Assembly: GCA_045613685.1 (NCBI GenBank)
Contig: JAZLBL010000048.1
Span: 31,760-95,759 of the forward strand
DNA length: 64,000 nucleotides
Direction: 5' to 3'
From: Candidatus Fimenecus sp.
GTDB lineage: Bacteria > Bacillota > Clostridia > Oscillospirales > Acutalibacteraceae
The notes under the pieces were generated by a model. It saw only the letters and a list, made by a program, of their open reading frames with translations, did not search any database and had not been told where the DNA came from. Shown here in pieces: positions 9,881-18,620 of the stretch. The first letter of the stretch is position 1, and every line of letters starts with the position of its first letter. The translations under genes and the position numbers were made by a program.

Positions 9881-11227
9881 ATGAATAACAATGGAAAACT
9901 TTCAAAACGTGTCTGGACAGGTATTTTGCTCTTTATGTTTATGGGCTTGCTTGCTTGGAACGTTGAGAACATGTATTTTAACACATTCTTAAATGACTGT
10001 GTTTACAATGAAGGCATTTTAGGTGCTTCTTTAACACTTACTGATGCAGTTAACATAATGGTTACACTTTCTGCAATTACTGCGGTCGTAACAACATTCA
10101 TTATGGGTACACTCAGTGAAAAACTTAAAAACCGTAAAGCATTTATTTCTTTTGGATATATTGCTTGGGGTATTGTAACTGCACTTTTTGGATTTATTAC
10201 AAAAGATAATATTGCAAGTCTTTTCGGACTTACTGACCCTGGTGAGATTATTACAGCAACTGCTTGGGTTGTTATTATCATGGATATGATTATGACCTTT
10301 ATGGGTTCAACAAGTAACGACTCGGCTTTCAATGCTTGGGTTACTGACGTTACAACTCCTGAGTCACGACCAAAGGTTGAAACTGCATCAACATTTATGG
10401 GATTCCTTGCAATGGGCTTAATTATGGTTGTTGGCTCAATGGCACAAGGTGGAGCAATTTCATACACCACTTTCTTTGTTGGAATGGGTGCTTTTGTTGC
10501 GATTGTCGGTGTTGCAGGTGTATTCCTTATTGATAATCCTAAGAAGTTTGAGAATGCAGAAAAGAGAAACACAAGTTATTGGGCAGACCTTTTCTATGGT
10601 TTCAGACCAAGTGTTATTAAAGAAAATAGCAGTCTTTATTTAGTTCTTGCATCTTTCTGTATTTTCAACTGTGCATTTCAAGTTTTCTTCCCATATCTTA
10701 TAATTTATTTGGGCTCAGTTGTACTTCCTGCAAATGCAGACATTAATCTTCTTTCAGCAGGCGTTATTGTTCCTGCGATTATTTCAGTTGCTTCAATTAT
10801 TGCGGGTATTGTAATTCTTATGAAGGTTGCTGTGAAGAGCAAACCAATAGCTTTCCTTACAAGCTCAGCACTTCTTATTGCGGGTCTCTTCATCCTTTCA
10901 ACATCAACAAGTATCTGGACAATTATTGTCGGTATTGCACCAGTGCTTATCGGCTATCTTGTTCTTACAATTCAGCTCGGTGCTTCAACTCGTGACTATA
11001 CACCACAGGATAATGTTGGCTTATTCCAAGGTATCAGAATGGTGTTCACAGTGCTTATTCCAATGGTAGTTGGACCAACACTTGGTAATATTGCAACAAA
11101 GAATACAACAGGTGCTGAAGATGTGCTTCCAACAAAAGCAATTTTCCTTTATGCAGGCTTTGTAGCAATTTTCTTATTTATTCCAATTATTGCACTTCTT
11201 AAGAAAGAGAAGAAAAACGCAAAATAA
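9881..11227 (+). CDS. MFS-type transporter (paralog 1), probably sugar or oligosaccharide
   Basis: 448 aa with about 12 TM segments. Collinear similarity to the next gene, and immediately downstream of the GH13 gene. Confidence 0.7.
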   Translation: MNNNGKLSKRVWTGILLFMFMGLLAWNVENMYFNTFLNDCVYNEGILGASLTLTDAVNIMVTLSAITAVVTTFIMGTLSEKLKNRKAFISFGYIAWGIVTALFGFITKDNIASLFGLTDPGEIITATAWVVIIMDMIMTFMGSTSNDSAFNAWVTDVTTPESRPKVETASTFMGFLAMGLIMVVGSMAQGGAISYTTFFVGMGAFVAIVGVAGVFLIDNPKKFENAEKRNTSYWADLFYGFRPSVIKENSSLYLVLASFCIFNCAFQVFFPYLIIYLGSVVLPANADINLLSAGVIVPAIISVASIIAGIVILMKVAVKSKPIAFLTSSALLIAGLFILSTSTSIWTIIVGIAPVLIGYLVLTIQLGASTRDYTPQDNVGLFQGIRMVFTVLIPMVVGPTLGNIATKNTTGAEDVLPTKAIFLYAGFVAIFLFIPIIALLKKEKKNAK

Positions 11228-11298
11228 TTTATTATTATCAATGACGCCTGAAATATGGCGTTTTTGATGTTTAAAGTAAGTCTATGAGGTAAAAAATT

Positions 11299-12690
11299 AT
11301 GAGTGACAATAAGGGGCAACTTACAGCACGCGTCTGGTTTGGTCTTGTTCTCTTTATATTTATGGGCTCAATGGCAGCAAACCTTCAAGGTACACTCACA
11401 AGTGTGTTTTTGGATAATACTGTTTTTGACCAAGGCTCAATGGGTGCAAAAATCACATTGACTGACGCAGTTAATATTATTACTTCTGGTTCTGCTGTAA
11501 TATCTTGTATCACTGCTTTTATTATGGGTACTCTTAGTGAAAAGCTTAGAAACAGAAAGATATTTATTTCTGCGGGTTACATCATTTGGGGCATAATGAC
11601 AGTGCTTTTCGGTGTTATCAAAAAAGATGTCGTTGCCAAGATGTTTGGTTATACTGATACGGTACAAATTGTTTCTACTACTGCTTGGATTATTATTGGA
11701 TTTGCTTTTATGATGACAATTGTCCGTGCAACAAGTGACGAATCTGTTTTTGACGCATGGGTAACCGACGTAACAACACCTAAGACAACTGTTATTGTTG
11801 AATCAATTTTCACTATTATGGGCTTTGCTACTACTGGTATAATTACATATATGATTACAAAAGCGCAAACTGGTAAAGTTACTTATAATGCATTATTTGT
11901 GATGATTGGTGTTTTAGCAGTATTTGTTGGTATTGCAGGTTTCTATGTTATTGATAATCCGAAGAAGTTTGAAAACAAAGACAATGGTCCAAAAACAAGT
12001 TATTGGATAGACCTTTTTTATGGTTTTAGACCAAAGGCAATTAAAGAAAACACAAACCTTTATTTGATTTTGCTGTCAGGTTGCACCTTCAACTGTGCGG
12101 TACAAAGTTTTATACCATATTTGATTATTTATTTCACTTCAGTTGTAATACCTGCAAATGGTGGTGAAGAATTGAATATTGGTGGTTTTGCCGTAATTGG
12201 TATTATGGCAATTACAATTGCACTTGAGACTGTTTTAATTTTAATGAAATTGGTTCAGAAAAAGAAAGCATATTCGTTTATTCCAAGTGTACTTTGTTTA
12301 ATTGTTGGCTTGCTTATTCTTTCAGCGACTAAAAATATTTATCTAATTATTATTGGCTTAACACCGGGCTTAATTGGCTATATAACAATTATGATTCAGT
12401 TTGGTGCGACAGTCCGTGATAATATTCCACAAGATAAGGTTGGCCTTTTCCAAGGTATTCGTACAGTTTTCCTTGGTATGATTCCGATGATTGTTGGTCC
12501 AACACTTGGTAATATTGCAGCAAAGAATTCGGATGTTACATATATGGAAAATGGTGCAGAAAAAGTGCTTCCAACAGAAATGATGTTCCTTTATGCAGCG
12601 GTTGTGGCTACACTTATCTTTATTCCAATGCTTGCTTTTTTAAAGAAAGATAGAGAAAAAGAAAAAGCCATTCAAGCAATGAGTGAATAA
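11299..12690 (+). CDS. MFS-type transporter (paralog 2)
   Basis: 463 aa. Shares long blocks with paralog 1 (TLTDAVNI, FIMGTLSEKL.NRK.FIS.GYI.WGI, DNPKKFEN, SYW.DLFYGFRP, GLFQGIR). Confidence 0.7.
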   Translation: MSDNKGQLTARVWFGLVLFIFMGSMAANLQGTLTSVFLDNTVFDQGSMGAKITLTDAVNIITSGSAVISCITAFIMGTLSEKLRNRKIFISAGYIIWGIMTVLFGVIKKDVVAKMFGYTDTVQIVSTTAWIIIGFAFMMTIVRATSDESVFDAWVTDVTTPKTTVIVESIFTIMGFATTGIITYMITKAQTGKVTYNALFVMIGVLAVFVGIAGFYVIDNPKKFENKDNGPKTSYWIDLFYGFRPKAIKENTNLYLILLSGCTFNCAVQSFIPYLIIYFTSVVIPANGGEELNIGGFAVIGIMAITIALETVLILMKLVQKKKAYSFIPSVLCLIVGLLILSATKNIYLIIIGLTPGLIGYITIMIQFGATVRDNIPQDKVGLFQGIRTVFLGMIPMIVGPTLGNIAAKNSDVTYMENGAEKVLPTEMMFLYAAVVATLIFIPMLAFLKKDREKEKAIQAMSE

Positions 12691-12697
12691 AATGCAG

Positions 12698-12735
12698 ACA
12701 ACCTGCTGATTTGTTTCGGCAGGTTGTTTTAGTTT
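12698..12735 (+). terminator. Intrinsic terminator after MFS paralog 2
   Basis: ACAACCTGC-N12-GCAGGTTGT followed by TTTTAGTTTT. Confidence 0.7.
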
Positions 12736-12739
12736 TAAG

Positions 12740-13483
12740 GTGATTAAATTGACAGAGATACAAAAACGATTTGAAGATTTGGCAAATCGTTCGTTTGAAA
12801 GGAAATATACGATTTATTCTGATTTCTTAGGGCTTTCTGAGATATCAGAACTTTGTGATGTGCGTCTTTCTGTGCCTGTTAATCTTTGGGGTGGATTTTC
12901 TGACGCCGAAAGGGTTGTTGCTTGTTTTGGAGATAGAGAATATTATAAAGACAACAAAGATTTTCCCATAAATTGCATTATGATTGAACCAGTTAATCAA
13001 AAATTTGCCGATACACTTTCACATCGTGACTTTTTAGGCTCACTTATGGGGCTTGGCATCCGTCGTGAAATGCTGGGAGATATAATTATCAATGAAAATT
13101 GTGGCTATTTATTTGCGATAGATTCTATCTGTGATTATATAATTGATAATCTGACTCAAGTTAAGCACACAACGGTTAAATGCTCACTGGTTGATGAAAT
13201 TCCACAAAATGCTTTGCCAATCCCTGAAAGAAATGAAGTGATTGTGTCATCAGAAAGACTTGATGTGTTGGTTTCTGCCGTTTATAATCTTTCACGAAGC
13301 AAGGCACAAGTTTTGTTTAATCAAGAAAAAGTGTTTATAAATGGTGCAGTTAAAAGTAGCTCCTTTGTAGCAAAAACAGGTGACAAAATATCTGTCCGCG
13401 GATATGGCAGATTTATTTATAACGGAGTTTTGCGACACACGAAAAAAGACAGATGCGTTGTTGAATTCTTAATATATAAGTAA
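12740..13483 (+). CDS. ylmH: YlmH-family S4-domain RNA-binding protein
   Basis: FLGSLMGLGIRREMLGDII block and C-terminal S4 domain (RLDVLVSAVYNLSRSKAQVLFNQEKVFING...GDKISVRGYGRF), collinear with B. subtilis YlmH. GTG start. Confidence 0.8.
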   Translation: MIKLTEIQKRFEDLANRSFERKYTIYSDFLGLSEISELCDVRLSVPVNLWGGFSDAERVVACFGDREYYKDNKDFPINCIMIEPVNQKFADTLSHRDFLGSLMGLGIRREMLGDIIINENCGYLFAIDSICDYIIDNLTQVKHTTVKCSLVDEIPQNALPIPERNEVIVSSERLDVLVSAVYNLSRSKAQVLFNQEKVFINGAVKSSSFVAKTGDKISVRGYGRFIYNGVLRHTKKDRCVVEFLIYK

Positions 13484-13516
13484 AACCACTTGACTGAAAA
13501 TCAAGTGGTTTTATTT
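13483..13516. terminator. Bidirectional terminator hairpin
   Basis: AAACCACTTGA-N7-TCAAGTGGTTT between convergent genes. Confidence 0.6.
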
Positions 13517-13517
13517 C

Positions 13518-14126
13518 TTATTTGATTTTTCTGATTGCCTTGTGAATTACTGATGCAACAGGTGGTGCAATAATGGTCGTTGTTACGATTTCCATAATAC
13601 CATTAAGACCTATAAACGCTGCAAGAAAAGCGACAAGGTTCAAATCTCCACGGAAGCCCATAATGTAGTCGCTCTTGCCGAAGAAGATAATAAGCAGACT
13701 CATAAAAAAAGCTGTGTTTAAAACTGGTGCAGATAGTGCCCCGATTACATAAGCTAACTTGCGTTTCTTTTTCGCTATCATCTTATAGATTACAGCACAG
13801 AGATAACCCATAAGCACACGAGGTACAATGCACATAATGAATGTGAAAATTGGGTTAATACTTAAAAGTGTAGTGCCGAATGCATCAAGACCGAAACATT
13901 GAATGAAACTTGTGATACCGAATACAAGTCCTAAAAAGGCTCCTGTTTTCTCACCCAAGGTCATAGCACCAACTGCAACGGGAATCATAATAAAGGTCAT
14001 TTTAACAGGACCAAGTTGCAGATACCCAAGTGGCGTGAATGCCATCAACAGAATAATTGCTGAAAGCATAGCATTTTCGGTAAGCGCAATAATCTTTTTT
14101 CGGCTTACCTTTCTTTTTTTTGACAT
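13518..14126 (-). CDS. ECF-transporter S (substrate-capture) component, possibly pantothenate-specific
   Basis: 202 aa, roughly 6 TM segments, typical S-component size and pattern. It lies downstream of coaX on the same strand, which is the only basis for the substrate guess. Confidence 0.6.
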   Translation of the reverse strand: MSKKRKVSRKKIIALTENAMLSAIILLMAFTPLGYLQLGPVKMTFIMIPVAVGAMTLGEKTGAFLGLVFGITSFIQCFGLDAFGTTLLSINPIFTFIMCIVPRVLMGYLCAVIYKMIAKKKRKLAYVIGALSAPVLNTAFFMSLLIIFFGKSDYIMGFRGDLNLVAFLAAFIGLNGIMEIVTTTIIAPPVASVIHKAIRKIK

Positions 14127-14184
14127 TTATATTCCTCCTTGCTACTGCTCCAAATGGATGCAATGCAAAATATTGACGAATAAA

Positions 14185-14949
14185 TTATTTATTTTTATTG
14201 TAAATTGCTTTGAGTCCTTTAAGAATCAAATCACTATCATAGACGATTTCTCTTTTGCAAACAGGCGAGATGAAATGTGAAAGTCCACCAGTTGCAATAA
14301 TCGTTTTTGGTTCACCAAGCTCTTCTGCGAATCTATCAAGAAGTCCATCAATCATTGAAGCAGTGCCGAGAACAATTCCACTTTGCATACTTTCAATAGT
14401 GTTTGTTCCGCAAGCCTTTTTAGGTGGTTCAAGACTGATTGCAGGTAAGAGAGAACTTGTGTTAGTAAGCGCCTGTAAAGAAATTGCAACACCAGGGGCT
14501 ATCATACAACCGCGAAAACCCTTATTTTCATCAATGGCATAGATTTTTGTAGCAGTGCCAAGGTCGATAACAAATGCAGGTAATTCGTATTCGTTAGCAG
14601 CACCAACAGCACCTGCGGCTAAATCCGCACCAAGTTGAGCAGGATTATCAATTAAAATATTGAGTCCTGTTTTAACACCGGGAGAAAGTACAATAACGTT
14701 TGTGCCAATAAGCTTTTCAACGGCGTTTTTAACATGAACTGTAATTTCAGGAACAACAGAAGAAATTATAGCACCTGAAATTTTATTAAAATCAATATTA
14801 TAAATTTTAAATATGTTTAAAAATTCAACGGCAAACTGGTCATCAGTCTTTTGTCTTTCAGTTGCAAGACGAGCACTCATTGTGAGCATTTCATTCTGAA
14901 AAAGACCGATATTCATATTTGTGTTGCCGATATCTATTGTAAGAAGCAT
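14185..14949 (-). CDS. coaX: Type III pantothenate kinase
   Basis: MLLTIDIGNTNMNIGLF N-terminus, ASKHA fold motifs, 254 aa. Confidence 0.9.
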   Translation of the reverse strand: MLLTIDIGNTNMNIGLFQNEMLTMSARLATERQKTDDQFAVEFLNIFKIYNIDFNKISGAIISSVVPEITVHVKNAVEKLIGTNVIVLSPGVKTGLNILIDNPAQLGADLAAGAVGAANEYELPAFVIDLGTATKIYAIDENKGFRGCMIAPGVAISLQALTNTSSLLPAISLEPPKKACGTNTIESMQSGIVLGTASMIDGLLDRFAEELGEPKTIIATGGLSHFISPVCKREIVYDSDLILKGLKAIYNKNK

Positions 14950-15013
14950 AATCTCACCTCGTTTTTTAACTCAATAATTATATACCATTTTTTATTGTTT
15001 ATCAAGTTTTTTT

Positions 15014-15925
15014 GTGTTACAATATGTGAAGATAGGCGGTGAAACTGTGATTTGTAATCTTTGTCCAAGAAACTGCAATGCAGAAAGAACTGAATATATG
15101 GGTAATGGCTTTTGCAAAATGCCCCTGAACCCTGTGCTTGCCCGTGCAGATATTCATATGTGGGAAGAACCTTGCATAAGTGGTGAAAAGGGGACGGGTG
15201 CCATTTTCTTTTCAGGTTGCTCTTTAAAATGTTGCTTTTGTCAGAATTATCCCATAAGTCACGAAAACAAGGGCGAAGTTATAACCACGGCACGACTTGT
15301 TGAGATTATTAAAGAACTTGAAAATAAAGGAGTTCACACAATAGATTTTGTTAATCCCACTCACTTTTCGCATATTTTAATTGATGCGTTGACAGAATAC
15401 AAACCACAAGTCCCGGTGGTTTATAATTCTTCAGGTTATGACAGTGTTGAAACTCTCAAAAAATTAGAAGGATTAGTTGATGTTTATTTGCCTGATTTAA
15501 AATATTTCAGTAGTGAAAAATCAAAGGCTTACGCTAAATGTCCCGACTATTTTGAAAAAGCGAGCAAGGCCATTCTTGAAATGTATCGTCAACAACCAAA
15601 AACAGAATTCAAAGACGGAATAATTCAAAAAGGTCTCATTATCCGTCATCTTGCGTTGCCCAAAAATGTGGACGAGAGCAAAAACATACTTTTATGGATT
15701 AAGAACAATCTTCCAAACGATACATATATAAGTATAATGAGTCAATATACACCTTATGGTAATGTTGCAGAGTTCAAAGAGTTGAATCGTAAACTCACAA
15801 CCGCAGAATATAATAAAGTGGTTGACTATTTTGTTGATTTAGGTTTCACAAATGGTTTTATGCAAGAAAAAACATCTGCAAAAACTGATTTTATTCCTGA
15901 TTTTGATATGACAGGTGTAAAATGA
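15014..15925 (+). CDS. Radical SAM protein, PflX-like (COG1313)
   Basis: CNLCPRNCNAER followed by GCSLKCCFCQNY (CxxxCxxC cluster). The true start may be an internal GTG at 15026 or 15047. Confidence 0.8.
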   Translation: MLQYVKIGGETVICNLCPRNCNAERTEYMGNGFCKMPLNPVLARADIHMWEEPCISGEKGTGAIFFSGCSLKCCFCQNYPISHENKGEVITTARLVEIIKELENKGVHTIDFVNPTHFSHILIDALTEYKPQVPVVYNSSGYDSVETLKKLEGLVDVYLPDLKYFSSEKSKAYAKCPDYFEKASKAILEMYRQQPKTEFKDGIIQKGLIIRHLALPKNVDESKNILLWIKNNLPNDTYISIMSQYTPYGNVAEFKELNRKLTTAEYNKVVDYFVDLGFTNGFMQEKTSAKTDFIPDFDMTGVK

Positions 15926-15988
15926 TGTTGAAATCTATAAAAATGATGATATAATTATTACATAATTTTTAAGAAAGAGGGTTTAAAA

Positions 15989-16447
15989 ATGAAAGGATTT
16001 TTCAAAGAATTTAAAGAATTTGCAATGCGTGGTAACGTAATTGACCTTGCAGTCGGTGTTATCATCGGTGGCGCTTTCCAAAAAATCGTAACATCAGTTG
16101 TTAACGACCTTGTTATGCCACTTATCGGTCTCATCACAAAGGGTAGTGATTTCGCATCAAAATTTGTAGCACTCGACGGCGGTGACTATGCAACAATCGA
16201 AGAAGCAACAGAAGCAGGTGCAGCAATTCTTACATATGGTAACTTTATTGCAGTAACAATCGATTTCCTTATTATGGCATTTGTTATTTTCCTTCTCGTT
16301 AAAGGACTTAACAAACTCACTTCAATCGGCAAGAAAGAAGAGCCTGTTGTGGAAGCAGCACCTACAACAAAGGTTTGCCCATTCTGCAAGAGTGAAATTG
16401 CAATTGATGCTACAAAGTGTGCACACTGTACATCTGACGTTGAATAA
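15989..16447 (+). CDS. mscL: Large-conductance mechanosensitive channel MscL with C-terminal CxxC...CxxC tail
   Basis: [40 protein letters not shown] is the MscL signature. The tail is [18 protein letters not shown]. Confidence 0.9.
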   Translation: MKGFFKEFKEFAMRGNVIDLAVGVIIGGAFQKIVTSVVNDLVMPLIGLITKGSDFASKFVALDGGDYATIEEATEAGAAILTYGNFIAVTIDFLIMAFVIFLLVKGLNKLTSIGKKEEPVVEAAPTTKVCPFCKSEIAIDATKCAHCTSDVE

Positions 16448-16449
16448 TT

Positions 16450-17256
16450 ATGCAAATTAAATTAGGTTTTATCGGTTGTGGAAATATGGCAACTGCAATA
16501 ATAAATGGTGCAGTTTCATCAGAATTTATTGCAGGTGAAAATATTTTTGTCTATGATATTGATAGTGAGAAAACAGGTTTTCTTCACGAAAAGTTTGGAA
16601 TAAATATTTGCGATTCTGCAGAGAGCGTTGCAGAGAATACTGATGTAACAGTTCTTGCGGTTAAACCACAGATTTTCCCAACAGTTTTACCACAGATTAA
16701 AGATGTTGTTTTAGAAAAAGGTACAGCAATCGTTTCAATTGGTGCAGGTAAAACGCTCAATTATATCGGCTCATTTTTAGATGACGATGCAAAAATTGTT
16801 CGTGTTATGCCAAATATAAATGCCAAAGTCGGTGCATCAATGAGTGGCGTTTGTAAGAACAAAAACGTCAATGATAATTTGCTTCAATTCGTCAAAGACT
16901 TGTGTCGCTCATTCGGTGATGTAATTGAGTTAGAAGAAGATATGTTTCCGCTTTTCGGCGTAATTGCAGGCTGTTCACCGGCTTATTCATTTATGTTTAT
17001 TGACTCAATGGCTCGTGAAGCCGTGAAAAACGGAATGAATAAAAAAGATGCTTTGAAAATCTGTGCACAAGCCGTGCTTGGCAGTGCAAAGACTATTTTA
17101 GAAGATAATGACGCAAATGCGTGGGCACTTATAAATAGTGTTTGCTCACCGGGTGGCACAACCATTGAGGGAATATCAGTTTTAGAAAACGAAGGTTTTG
17201 ATAAAACTGTTATGAATGCCGTGAAAGCATCCCTTGAAAAAGATAAGAAATTATAA
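16450..17256 (+). CDS. proC: Pyrroline-5-carboxylate reductase
   Basis: KLGFIGCGNMATAII Rossmann N-terminus and C-terminal SPGGTT motif. Confidence 0.9.
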   Translation: MQIKLGFIGCGNMATAIINGAVSSEFIAGENIFVYDIDSEKTGFLHEKFGINICDSAESVAENTDVTVLAVKPQIFPTVLPQIKDVVLEKGTAIVSIGAGKTLNYIGSFLDDDAKIVRVMPNINAKVGASMSGVCKNKNVNDNLLQFVKDLCRSFGDVIELEEDMFPLFGVIAGCSPAYSFMFIDSMAREAVKNGMNKKDALKICAQAVLGSAKTILEDNDANAWALINSVCSPGGTTIEGISVLENEGFDKTVMNAVKASLEKDKKL

Positions 17257-17260
17257 AAGT

Positions 17261-17290
17261 AACGGACAGCAACTGCTGTCCGTTTTCTTT
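17261..17290. terminator. Bidirectional terminator between proC and cysK
   Basis: AACGGACAGC-AACT-GCTGTCCGTT, a 10-bp perfect stem followed by a T-rich tract. Confidence 0.75.
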
Positions 17291-17291
17291 G

Positions 17292-18215
17292 TTAGAACAA
17301 ATCTGTTGATAAATATCTGTCACCCGTGTCGGGTAAAATCACAACGATGTTTTTATCTTTATTTTCTTCTTTTCTTGCTAAAAGTAATGCACCGTGAAGT
17401 GCGGCGCCTGATGAAATACCAACCAAAACACCTTCACGCTTTGCCATCATACGACTTGCTTCATAAGCCTCGTTTGTGCTTACTGTGATAATCTCATCAA
17501 TGATTTCTGTGTTAAGAATTTCTGGGATAAACCCTGCGCCGATACCTTGTAATCCGTGAGCACCTGCTTTGCCGCCTGAAAGGACAGGTGAGTCAACAGG
17601 CTCAATGCCAACAATTTTAATGTCAGGATTTTTTGATTTAAGATATTCGCCGATTCCTGTGATTGTGCCACCTGTGCCAACACCTGCAACAAGAATATCC
17701 ACTTGACCGTCTGTGTCATCCCAAATTTCAGGACCAGTTGTCTCAAAATGTGCCTTTGGGTTTGCAGGGTTTATAAACTGACCTGCAACAATACTGTCTG
17801 GGATTTCTCTGGATAATTCTTCGGCTTTCTGGATTGCACCATTCATACCCTTTGAGCCATCTGTAAGCACCAATTCTGCACCAAAAGATGCAATGAGCTT
17901 TCTGCGTTCAACTGACATTGTTTCAGGCATTGTGATAATGAGTTTATATCCTTTTGCAGCCGCAACTGATGCAAGACCAATACCTGTGTTGCCACTTGTC
18001 GGCTCAATAATTACAGAACCTTCTTTTAAAAGACCTTTTTCTTCGGCATCTTCAATCATAGCCTTTGCAACTCGGTCTTTAATGCTACCGGCAGGGTTGA
18101 ATAACTCTAACTTTGCATAAATATTAGCAGAAAGTTTCTCGTCTTTTTCAATATTTGAAAGCTCCAAAAGTGGAGTTCTTCCAATCAATTCTGATGCGGT
18201 TTTAAAAATTCTCAT
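17292..18215 (-). CDS. cysK: Cysteine synthase A (O-acetylserine sulfhydrylase)
   Basis: NPAGSIKDR PLP-lysine motif, TSGNTG, and GTGGT loop. 307 aa. Confidence 0.9.
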   Translation of the reverse strand: MRIFKTASELIGRTPLLELSNIEKDEKLSANIYAKLELFNPAGSIKDRVAKAMIEDAEEKGLLKEGSVIIEPTSGNTGIGLASVAAAKGYKLIITMPETMSVERRKLIASFGAELVLTDGSKGMNGAIQKAEELSREIPDSIVAGQFINPANPKAHFETTGPEIWDDTDGQVDILVAGVGTGGTITGIGEYLKSKNPDIKIVGIEPVDSPVLSGGKAGAHGLQGIGAGFIPEILNTEIIDEIITVSTNEAYEASRMMAKREGVLVGISSGAALHGALLLARKEENKDKNIVVILPDTGDRYLSTDLF

Positions 18216-18263
18216 AGCACCATCTCCAAAATCAATTTATATGATTTAGTATATCCAAATTTG

Positions 18264-18339
18264 TGGTCGAGATGACAGGAATCGAACCTGCGGCATCCAC
18301 GTCCCGAACGTGGCGCGCTACCAACTGCGCTACATCTCG
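18264..18339 (-). tRNA. tRNA-Pro (anticodon CGG), CCA encoded
   Basis: Hand-folded cloverleaf. Acceptor CGAGATG/CATCTCG, D arm GCGC-AGTTGGTA-GCGC, anticodon arm CCACG-TTCGGGA-CGTGG, T arm GCAGG-TTCGATT-CCTGT. C1:G72 plus A73 are typical of bacterial tRNA-Pro. Confidence 0.85.
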
Positions 18340-18372
18340 ATAAATATATTTAATTATTTCATAAATGTTAAT

Positions 18373-18532
18373 GAGATGTATTTAGAGCGCACCACTACGT
18401 GGCTTATGGTTAAAACATAGTCGTTCTGCTCACAGTCGCTTCGCATAACTCCTTGTTTTGCCCCTTTTCGCACTCCTTTAATCTGCCACTGGCAGCAGTC
18501 GTGCTCAAAACTACCAACTGCGCTACATCTCG
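18373..18532 (-). other. tRNA-Pro-derived remnant / structured leader upstream of the intact tRNA
   Basis: 18511-18532 is an exact 22-nt copy of tRNA positions 1-22 (18318-18339). Its 5' GAGATGTAGCGCA can pair with TGCGCTCTAAATACATCTC about 130 nt downstream. Confidence 0.35.
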
Positions 18533-18545
18533 TTGTTATTAACTA

Positions 18546-18574
18546 ATTATAATATGTTCGAATTTATAAATCAA
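18546..18574 (-). promoter_or_regulatory. Candidate sigma-A promoter for leader, tRNA-Pro and cysK
   Basis: Minus strand reads TTGATT, 17 nt, TATAAT. It ends about 8 nt before the tRNA-like leader begins. Confidence 0.5.
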
Positions 18575-18585
18575 GTAGTTTAAAA

Positions 18586-18620
18586 GTAAAAAGGCGAGGG
18601 GTTACCTCGCCTAATTTTTT
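18586..18620 (-). terminator. Intrinsic terminator after trpB
   Basis: AGGCGAGG-GGTTA-CCTCGCCT with a T-run on the minus strand and an A/T run on the plus strand. Confidence 0.65.

Noticed and set aside
18264-18532. Integrated mobile element using tRNA-Pro as attachment site
   Set aside because: The duplicated segment is the 5' end of the tRNA, whereas integrases usually duplicate the 3' end. The two copies are only 170 bp apart, and no integrase or cargo genes are present. The observation is kept only as a remnant/leader finding.
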